Position numbers and translations under genes: made by a program
IMG/VR virus record: IMGVR_UViG_3300012347_000249
DNA length: 20,000 bases
Source of the DNA: an uncultured virus (IMG/VR IMGVR_UViG_3300012347_000249)
Lineage: Duplodnaviria > Heunggongvirae > Uroviricota > Caudoviricetes
Reading direction: 5' to 3' (one strand)
The notes under the pieces: model-generated
Database searches by the model: none
Seen by the model: only the letters and a program-made list of their open reading frames with translations
Told to the model about the DNA's origin: nothing
Part shown: positions 8,401-14,804 of the stretch, one piece after another
How positions within the stretch are numbered: the stretch's first letter is position 1
How the letters are laid out: each line of letters opens with the position of its first letter

Positions 8401-10794
8401 ATGAGATTTAACGACATTTTATTAGAATATAACCGCGATCAAACAGTTAAGAACTACGGTAACAAAGTATTAGCAGTTGCACTAAAAGATCGTTCAGTTA
8501 TAAACGCACTTATTGGGCGATTCCCAAATGGTGCAATTAAAGCTGGTGCAGATACCCCAGAAGGGCAACAGTTAATTCTAGACTACGTTATGGGGGTTAT
8601 TGAGCAATCAGACCCAACAAAGAACAAAAACTACGCACAAGCTATTACTAGAATGTACACCTTGGGTGGCACAATGCTAGAAGATATTGAGTCTACACTA
8701 AGTCAGTATCTAATCAAATTTGACAAGCTAAAAAACAAAAAGAAGATTCCTGCTCCGCAAAACGACTTTATGCGTTACAAGAGCTTAGATGAGTTCATGA
8801 GCGTAGTTGAGCAACTACCTGATCCAGACAGCGAAATTGAGCAACAAAAAATCGGTGCTGTGCAATTACCACCCGAACGCGACTGGCGTTACGTTTACGG
8901 AAGAATGGATGAGCAAGGTCGTATTACAACTGACTGCTTGATCATTCAACCATTGACTAAATTTGGCGGTTACTGGTGGGCAAAAGAATACCCAAAGAAG
9001 GGTGTTACTAACCGTTGGTGTACAGCGTGGGAAGGCGATAACAGTCGCTTTGATTACTATGCCAAGCAAGGCCCACTATTCATTATTATTCCTGCACAAC
9101 GCACAGACGATAACGAAAAGTATCAATTCCATTTCGAAACTAAACAGTTCATGGACTTCCAAGATCACCAAATTGGTGACGAAGGTATGGACCAATTGGC
9201 TAAACGTTTCCCTGCACTACAACAGGTATTTAGACGTCAGGCAATCCAGTACAACTTACTTGGACTAATGACAGATGACTACAAAGCCGCAGTTCGCAGC
9301 CACTCTAAAGTTGCGTCTAAAGAGCTAGACTCTCTAATTGAGCAATACAAAGAACGTATTGCTGGGTTTGGATTCAGCAGCCTAGGTGACTACGGTATCA
9401 CTATCCCTGAAGACACTCAACGTGAATTAATGCCACTAATTGAAAACTACCTTGAGCAGTGTAGAGCTACGTTAGTTAGCAAGGACGGATTCTGGCGCCA
9501 GGTAGTGAATAAACTAGGCACAGAGCGAAACGAAGACAAACTAGAAGTTATCTTAAACACAGACTCATCACTAAAAGCATTAGTTGAGCAAAGTGAAGCA
9601 GGAAAAGCAGTTGCAGAAATAGCATCCTTGCCAAACATCAAACAGCGTATTGATGCAAGTCACTTGCAAGATTTATTATTGCGTGACCCATTGTTCCGTT
9701 TTACCATGCGCCAAGTTCCTAAGTTGTACAAATCCTTCTTAGATGAATTGAGTAGCACACAAGTTAACGAAGCATATAGCATGGATGACTTGCGTAAAGA
9801 TGCAGCAGCCGGAGTAAAAGCGTCAATTGATAAACAAAGTGATGCACGTATTGCAGCACAACGAAACCCACAGAGCTTTATGAGCAAAGTCGGCGATAAG
9901 ATCGTAGGCGGCGTTACTGGAGCAGTTAAGGGAGCCTACAATGGTTTCCGTGGCGAGCTAGAAGAAAACAACAACGAAATGTTTAGCGACGAAGGATTCT
10001 TTGTTGTTATTGCAAACGAAAACGATGGCGCCTTTGTTGGTATGGTAACCAAAGATGGCGGTAAGTGGAGAGAAACTGATGTAGAAGGTAATGCACCAAG
10101 CAACTGGGGCGGCAACTACATGAGCTACTTAACACCAGACGATGTAATGCAACATATTCGCAATGACTACCGTAGACATAGCGAAGTTAAAGGCCCGTTC
10201 TTTGATGAGCAAGAAGCTCTTGAGTATGCACGAAGCCATTATGACTTAGGTGGTGACGACGATTACTTTGATGACGAAGACGAAGACACCATGGAAGAAG
10301 GCAAAATGAAAGACATTGATATTGGTCGCCAAGACCGTGAATCAATGTCACCACAACAATTCCGTGGACAGTACAAGCAAAGCAAAGACGACTGGACTGC
10401 CGATAACAGCGATGTACTGGATGGCCCAGCTGTTGCTCCTACACCACGTAAGAAGGCCTCTAACACTGTCGAAGCATACATGGAAGTGTATAACAAACGT
10501 GATCAACGTGAGTTTAAGAGCATGCCTTTCCCAAGCGAGAAAGCAGCACAACGTTGGGCAGATTCGCACAACGCTATTATCCATAGCATTGTTCCACTAA
10601 AAGGGGTAGCAGAGCAAACTGAAGAGCCAGAAGACGATGTAGATCATGATGATGGTAAAATTGCAGGACGCTACCACCCAGACGAGTTTGACGAGTTAGT
10701 TAATCGCGTTAAAGCAAAAGCCAAAGAACAAGAACGTATTCACGGTCCTGTTGATATTGCAAAACTTGCAGCACGTCTACGCGGTATCCAGTAA
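8401..10794 (+). CDS. Modular putative head-packaged polyprotein; N-terminal half paralogous to 6976..8370
   Basis: Leader MRFNDILLE. Motifs SDPTKNKNYAQ, NRWCTAW, RFDYYAKQGPLFIIIP, EKYQFHF..QFMD. Later junctions VNE|AY, LEE|NNNEMFS, VAE|QT. Confidence 0.8.
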   Translation: MRFNDILLEYNRDQTVKNYGNKVLAVALKDRSVINALIGRFPNGAIKAGADTPEGQQLILDYVMGVIEQSDPTKNKNYAQAITRMYTLGGTMLEDIESTLSQYLIKFDKLKNKKKIPAPQNDFMRYKSLDEFMSVVEQLPDPDSEIEQQKIGAVQLPPERDWRYVYGRMDEQGRITTDCLIIQPLTKFGGYWWAKEYPKKGVTNRWCTAWEGDNSRFDYYAKQGPLFIIIPAQRTDDNEKYQFHFETKQFMDFQDHQIGDEGMDQLAKRFPALQQVFRRQAIQYNLLGLMTDDYKAAVRSHSKVASKELDSLIEQYKERIAGFGFSSLGDYGITIPEDTQRELMPLIENYLEQCRATLVSKDGFWRQVVNKLGTERNEDKLEVILNTDSSLKALVEQSEAGKAVAEIASLPNIKQRIDASHLQDLLLRDPLFRFTMRQVPKLYKSFLDELSSTQVNEAYSMDDLRKDAAAGVKASIDKQSDARIAAQRNPQSFMSKVGDKIVGGVTGAVKGAYNGFRGELEENNNEMFSDEGFFVVIANENDGAFVGMVTKDGGKWRETDVEGNAPSNWGGNYMSYLTPDDVMQHIRNDYRRHSEVKGPFFDEQEALEYARSHYDLGGDDDYFDDEDEDTMEEGKMKDIDIGRQDRESMSPQQFRGQYKQSKDDWTADNSDVLDGPAVAPTPRKKASNTVEAYMEVYNKRDQREFKSMPFPSEKAAQRWADSHNAIIHSIVPLKGVAEQTEEPEDDVDHDDGKIAGRYHPDEFDELVNRVKAKAKEQERIHGPVDIAKLAARLRGIQ

Positions 10795-11870
10795 TGACTG
10801 ACAAGACTAAGATCCTGGACATGATCAAAAAGTTCCTTCCTATTGCTGTGAAGGAACTTGATCTACAATCATTGCCAGCAATGAAACCAGTTACTAGTCT
10901 TGCACATGGCGAACATCCTAGCTTTGGTCGCTTTGTTCCTGAAACAAACACCATTGAGTTTGCCATTGAAGATAGACACCCAATTGATATTCTGCGTACA
11001 CTTGCACATGAACTAGTGCATTGCAAACAACGCGAAGATAATCGTTTAAAGCATGACAGCGGTGAAACTGGCAGCAACGAAGAAAATGAAGCCAATGCCC
11101 GTGCAGGTATTATTATGCGTAACTTTGATGATGCGTATCCTGGGTACTTTGCCGAAGAGCCGGTTAATCTAGATGAAGGAATAGACTATGCTAAAGGGAA
11201 CATTGATTATCATAGTACTCTTAATCCTATCGCCTGGGAAGGTGACCAGTTACGAACCGAAGTCAGACTCAAGCTACTTGAAATTGCGAAAGTATTTGTA
11301 GACTACTTAGAGATTCCCGATTTTGAAATTGCAGACATTGTGCTAACTGGGTCATTGGCCAACTACAACTACACTAAGTTCAGCGACTTTGATTTACACG
11401 TAGTAACAGACTACAGCAACTTGCAGTGCGACGATATTGCAGAAGCATTGTATCAAGCCAAGAAACAAATTTGGAATGATCGTCATGACATTACCATTCA
11501 CGGGTACGATGTTGAGTTGTATGTTGAGGATATCAATCAGCCACCTGTTAGTGCAGGTACATACAGCATCCTAGATCAAACTTGGATCAACACACCGGAA
11601 CAAAAGACCCCAACCATTGACCGTAATGCAGTTAATGCAAAGGTAACAGATCTAGTTAAGCAAATTGATCACGCAATTGCCGCAGCTGATGAACCTAGTG
11701 ACATTAGACGTGTAACTGCTAAGTTACGTAAGATGCGACAAAGTGGATTAGACTCAGCAGGTGAGTTCAGTGTAGAAAATTTAGCATTTAAAGTTCTACG
11801 TAACTTGGGCTACATAAGTAAATTAAGTAAAGCATTTTATCACAAGCAAGACAGTCAGTTAAGTTTGTGA
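10794..11870 (+). CDS. Fusion of an N-terminal HEXXH zincin-like metallopeptidase domain and a C-terminal DNA-polymerase-beta-superfamily nucleotidyltransferase
   Basis: LRTLAHELVH (11007-11021) with downstream ENEANA; junction NLDE|GI at 11169-11177; NTase signature LTGS-x10-DFDLH plus a third acidic strand DVELYVED. Confidence 0.8.
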   Translation: MTDKTKILDMIKKFLPIAVKELDLQSLPAMKPVTSLAHGEHPSFGRFVPETNTIEFAIEDRHPIDILRTLAHELVHCKQREDNRLKHDSGETGSNEENEANARAGIIMRNFDDAYPGYFAEEPVNLDEGIDYAKGNIDYHSTLNPIAWEGDQLRTEVRLKLLEIAKVFVDYLEIPDFEIADIVLTGSLANYNYTKFSDFDLHVVTDYSNLQCDDIAEALYQAKKQIWNDRHDITIHGYDVELYVEDINQPPVSAGTYSILDQTWINTPEQKTPTIDRNAVNAKVTDLVKQIDHAIAAADEPSDIRRVTAKLRKMRQSGLDSAGEFSVENLAFKVLRNLGYISKLSKAFYHKQDSQLSL

Positions 11871-11876
11871 TCCCGA

Positions 11877-11990
11877 ACCTACCTTAGGTCCGTTGATGTC
11901 AACGGTTAGGAGCTCTGCTCCAGGCGTCAAATAGGCGGCTGCTGCCTAGTACATGAGTTACGCCAGATTCTGTACAAAGTGAGCTTTTTT
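11877..11990 (+). ncRNA. Candidate structured RNA: five hairpins, two potential pseudoknots and a 3' U-tract; family not recognised
   Basis: Stems ACCTA/TAGGT, CCGTTG/CAACGG, GGAGC/GCTCC, TAGGC/GCCTA, GTACA/TGTAC. Loop ACGCC (11960-64) is complementary to GGCGT (11923-27). Loop GCTGCT (11938-43) is complementary to AGT-G-AGC (11978-84). Confidence 0.6.
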
Positions 11991-11996
11991 ACGGCC

Positions 11997-12012
11997 GTTG
12001 TAAAAATACAAC
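11997..12012. promoter_or_regulatory. Palindromic operator-like site GTTGTA-AAAA-TACAAC
   Basis: Perfect 6-bp inverted repeat with a 4-nt spacer just upstream of a promoter; second copy at 12389-12404. Confidence 0.55.
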
Positions 12013-12060
12013 AAAATATTTCTATCTTTTCGGTAAAGTTCTTAAAAATGGTGTTATACT
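12013..12060 (+). promoter_or_regulatory. Early/middle-type promoter: AAAATATTT, GGTAAA, 17-nt spacer, extended -10 TGtTATACT
   Basis: GGTAAA 12032-37 and TATACT 12055-60; same layout recurs at 12410-12458. Confidence 0.6.
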
Positions 12061-12106
12061 CTAGTTATTGCAGCACAGTGCTGTAATCAACAACCAGGAG
12101 TAAACA

Positions 12107-12379
12107 ATGCCCAAAGCAACTGCAAACTTTACAGCAGACGATCTTAAACCCCTTGAAACCGCAGAATCCAAGGAATCTGCACAAACTTTGCTTCACGCTA
12201 TTGTGGACAAAGCAGCGGGCAGCAAGTACGCCATTAAGCCTGAAAAAGTAGCTGCATTGCATCGCAACATTAATAATGCACGTAGCAAAGCAGAAGTCGT
12301 TGCAATTGGCTGGAACATGTTGCTTGCTGGTGAAAAGCTGTCTAGCGTGTCTAGCACATACCAACGCAAGTACGCATAA
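12107..12379 (+). CDS. Hypothetical protein (90 aa)
   Basis: AGGAG Shine-Dalgarno at 12096-12100, own promoter, 5'-UTR hairpin at 12067-12087. Confidence 0.8.
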   Translation: MPKATANFTADDLKPLETAESKESAQTLLHAIVDKAAGSKYAIKPEKVAALHRNINNARSKAEVVAIGWNMLLAGEKLSSVSSTYQRKYA

Positions 12380-12413
12380 TTTTAGGGTGTTGTAGAAATA
12401 CAACACTTTAAAA
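12380..12413. promoter_or_regulatory. Extended palindrome GTGTTGTA-GAAA-TACAACAC; operator and/or terminator hairpin
   Basis: 8-bp perfect inverted repeat, extendable to 15 bp with two G-U pairs; GAAA loop; begins right after the stop of 12107..12379. Confidence 0.55.
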
Positions 12414-12458
12414 ATAATTTTGCCAAATTGGTAAAATCATTCAAAAACCGTTTACAAT
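12410..12458 (+). promoter_or_regulatory. Early/middle-type promoter: AAAATAATTT, GGTAAA, 17-nt spacer, TACAAT
   Basis: GGTAAA 12430-35 and TACAAT 12453-58. Confidence 0.6.
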
Positions 12459-12494
12459 ACACACATGTTCAACAAACGCTCAAAGGAGAGCCAA

Positions 12495-12761
12495 ATGCAA
12501 GTTCAAACTAAAACAGGTATCATCCACAAAGGTAATTACGGTTCGCTGTACAATGTGGAAACTGGTCAAGTCATGGAAGCCCGTGTAAAAACTGGCAAAC
12601 GTGGCCGTCCTGCTAAAGTTGACGCTCCTGCGTTTTGCACTAACATTACTAACGATCTGTTTGGTCGTGTGCCTAATGTTGCTCCTAAGGGCATCCAAGG
12701 TCGTGTGGTGATTGGCAAGGCCAGCGCCAATGCAGTGTATGCAAACGACTGCGACGAATAA
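12495..12761 (+). CDS. Small basic protein with an AT-hook-like motif (KRGRPAK); possibly DNA-binding
   Basis: AAGGAG at 12483-88 favours ATG 12495 (MQVQTK) over the ORF-track start 12465; RGRP core flanked by lysines. Confidence 0.7.
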   Translation: MQVQTKTGIIHKGNYGSLYNVETGQVMEARVKTGKRGRPAKVDAPAFCTNITNDLFGRVPNVAPKGIQGRVVIGKASANAVYANDCDE

Positions 12762-12770
12762 GCAGTAAGA

Positions 12771-12817
12771 AAAATATTTTTGCAAAGTCAAAAATTAATT
12801 CAAAACTGTCTTACAAT
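12771..12817 (+). promoter_or_regulatory. Probable promoter for the MoxR gene (AAAATATTT ... TACAAT)
   Basis: AAAATATTT starts 41 nt before TACAAT (12812-17), matching the 42-43 nt offset of the two upstream promoters; -35 region degenerate. Confidence 0.5.
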
Positions 12818-12864
12818 AGAGACTGAAACAATTTTTTAACAACAGCTTTTTTAAGGAGTATTTC

Positions 12865-13965
12865 ATGGCTGTAACTGAGCATCGTTCCGTAACCCCATCT
12901 GACGCACGTAGCCGTGTGTTGCGAGCATTCAAGAACAAACGTCCCGTGTTCTTGTGGGGCCCTCCTGGTATTGGTAAGTCTGAGCTGATCCAAGGCTTGA
13001 CTGAAGAACTGGGTGGCGCTTGCATTGACTTGCGTTTGGGCCAATGTGAACCCACTGACTTGCGTGGCATTCCCTACTTCGATCGCGACAAAGGCGTTAT
13101 GAACTGGGCTCCCCCAATCGAACTGCCAAGCGAAGAATTCGCTAAACAATATCCAATCGTGGTGTTGTTCTTGGACGAGATGAACTCCGCTGCTCCTGCT
13201 GTGCAGGGTGCTGCTTACCAGCTGATCTTGAACCGCCAAGTTGGTACCTACAAGTTGCCCGACAACGTGGTGATGGTTGCTGCGGGTAACCGTGAAAGCG
13301 ACAAGGGTGTGAGCTATCGCATGCCTAGCCCACTGGCAAACCGTTTCGTCCACTTGGAAGTGCGTCAAGACTTTGACAGCTGGTTCAACTGGGCTGTGAG
13401 CAAGAACATCCACAAAGACGTTGTTGGTTACATTTCGTTTGCCAAGCAAGATTTGTTTGACTTTGATCCAAAGTCTGCAAGCCGTAGCTTTGCTACTCCT
13501 CGTACATGGACCTTCGTGTCTGACTTCTTGTACGACGAAGACGCCACTGACGCAGAGTTGACTGACTTGATCGCAGGTACAGTTGGCGAAGGTCTTGCTG
13601 TGAAGTTCATGGCACACCGTAAGGTTGCTGGTTCTATGCCACGTCCCGAAGATGTGTTGGCCGGCAAGGTCAAAGAGTTGAAAGTGAAAGAAGTGTCTGC
13701 TATGTACTCGCTGACTATCAGCTTGTGCTACGAACTGCAAGAGCAATACAAAAAGCTCGGCAAGGACAAGATGGCAGACTGGCATGCTCAAGCTGATAAC
13801 TTCCTGAAGTTCATGATGGATAACTTCTCCACAGAACTGGTTGTTATGGGTGCTCGTGTTGCATTGACTACCTACAACCTGCCCATGGTTCCTGGTAAGA
13901 TGCCTAACTTCGACGAGTTCCACAAACGCTTCGGTAAGTACATTATCGCAGCTAGCGGCAAGTAA
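12865..13965 (+). CDS. MoxR-like AAA+ ATPase
   Basis: Walker A GPPGIGKS, Walker B LFLDEMN, sensor-1 AAGNR, arginine finger LANRF; AAGGAG Shine-Dalgarno. Confidence 0.92.
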   Translation: MAVTEHRSVTPSDARSRVLRAFKNKRPVFLWGPPGIGKSELIQGLTEELGGACIDLRLGQCEPTDLRGIPYFDRDKGVMNWAPPIELPSEEFAKQYPIVVLFLDEMNSAAPAVQGAAYQLILNRQVGTYKLPDNVVMVAAGNRESDKGVSYRMPSPLANRFVHLEVRQDFDSWFNWAVSKNIHKDVVGYISFAKQDLFDFDPKSASRSFATPRTWTFVSDFLYDEDATDAELTDLIAGTVGEGLAVKFMAHRKVAGSMPRPEDVLAGKVKELKVKEVSAMYSLTISLCYELQEQYKKLGKDKMADWHAQADNFLKFMMDNFSTELVVMGARVALTTYNLPMVPGKMPNFDEFHKRFGKYIIAASGK

Positions 13966-13983
13966 CCTGGGACGATGCTAGGT

Positions 13984-14020
13984 AAGGAGGCTGACGCAAG
14001 TCATAAGTCCTCCTTTTTCT
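13984..14020 (+). terminator. Intrinsic terminator with an internal loop and GCAA tetraloop
   Basis: AAGGAGG/CCTCCTT outer stem, TGAC-GCAA-GTCA inner hairpin, T-rich tail. Confidence 0.65.
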
Positions 14021-14023
14021 ACT

Positions 14024-14299
14024 ATGTCAATAGTCATTACTAAACTCGATGGTCGTCATGCAGGACATATATTATTTTCGCACAGAGCGGAAATAATTGG
14101 CACTTGGATAGAACGTGACCAAGAGTTCGTTCAAGTACGTGAGTGGTGTTGGGAAACGTTTGGCCCCGGCGTTGAAAGAGATCTAATCCACGCAAAGAAA
14201 GATTCTAAGTGGGGCTGGCACCTAAACCAAAGTCCCGCAAAGTATTACATTTATCTTAAAGATGAATACCTAACACACTTTACCCTTAAATGGAAGTAA
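14024..14299 (+). CDS. Phage hypothetical protein (W-C-W-E-T-F-G-P ... F-T-L-K-W type)
   Basis: 91-aa ORF filling the gap; pattern resembles small proteins I recall as expanded in large phages. Confidence 0.7.
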   Translation: MSIVITKLDGRHAGHILFSHRAEIIGTWIERDQEFVQVREWCWETFGPGVERDLIHAKKDSKWGWHLNQSPAKYYIYLKDEYLTHFTLKWK

Positions 14300-14300
14300 A

Positions 14301-14762
14301 ATGGAAGAAGTAAACGAAAACAGCGTTGAGGAAGAAGTCGTTCTTCACTTTAAACGCTTCGCACAAGAAAAGCAGGACCAAGTTCGTGCTCTAGTTAACT
14401 ATGCCACCCTTATGGGGCTCAACGGCAAGGACCTAGTTAGTATTGGTGGTAAATTAAATCGCATTGCCGACAATCGCGAACTGAAACTAAACGAACACAT
14501 TGTTTCAAGCATGAATATCCGTCCAATTGGTCAGGATAAAAACTGCTACAATCGTTGGGCGTACACTGACGCTTCAGGAGTGGTTTATCACTTCAAATGC
14601 AGCTATTCTAGGTACGATATTACCAATACTGTTACTAAAAAGACAGCCAAAGGGTACACCAATGAGTACTACAAAGTTGGCCGCCGTTTTCACATCTTGG
14701 AAAACCGCGAGTTACCCAACATCATGCTAAACATTTATCACGGCAATATTTTTTTGCCGTAA
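14301..14762 (+). CDS. Hypothetical protein (153 aa)
   Basis: ORF starts 1 nt after the previous stop; no recognisable motif. Confidence 0.7.
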   Translation: MEEVNENSVEEEVVLHFKRFAQEKQDQVRALVNYATLMGLNGKDLVSIGGKLNRIADNRELKLNEHIVSSMNIRPIGQDKNCYNRWAYTDASGVVYHFKCSYSRYDITNTVTKKTAKGYTNEYYKVGRRFHILENRELPNIMLNIYHGNIFLP

Positions 14763-14781
14763 ATCAAAAATCGTGTATAAT
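14754..14781 (+). promoter_or_regulatory. Sigma70-like promoter TTGCCG-N16-TATAAT
   Basis: Perfect -10 at 14776-81, TTG-containing -35 at 14754-59, AT-rich upstream tract, AAGGAG at 14794-99. Confidence 0.6.
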
Positions 14782-14804
14782 ATAGACATTAACAAGGAGT
14801 AACT

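Larger units (their letters stand above)
51..9987 (+). repeat. Dispersed protein-level repeat [ILV]-x-E | x(0-6)-[DN]-[DE]-M-F-[ASG], 11 copies in six genes
   Basis: Copies near 51, 1229, 2800, 3481, 3802, 4099, 4417, 4678, 5179, 6630 and 9958; synonymous codon variation between copies; the copy near 51 lacks the Met and the copy near 2800 has Leu. Confidence 0.85.

Noticed and set aside
1229..9987. DDMF copies as a DNA repeat array (CRISPR-like or recombination cassette sites) or as internal ATG starts
   Set aside because: Spacing is irregular and third positions vary synonymously. Two copies lack the Met (DDF, DDLF) and there is no consistent Shine-Dalgarno. A peptide-level motif fits better, though module shuffling at these points is not excluded.
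11850..11870. C-terminal QLSL of the NTase as a beta-clamp-binding motif
   Set aside because: Lacks the terminal Phe of QL[SD]LF and is too short to be significant without homolog data
11877..11990. tRNA or tmRNA identity for the structured element
   Set aside because: No acceptor stem, T-loop (TTCRA) or CCA end, and too short for tmRNA
12811..13923. 370-aa minus-strand ORF
   Set aside because: Antisense shadow of the MoxR gene caused by its codon bias; no motifs or translation signals
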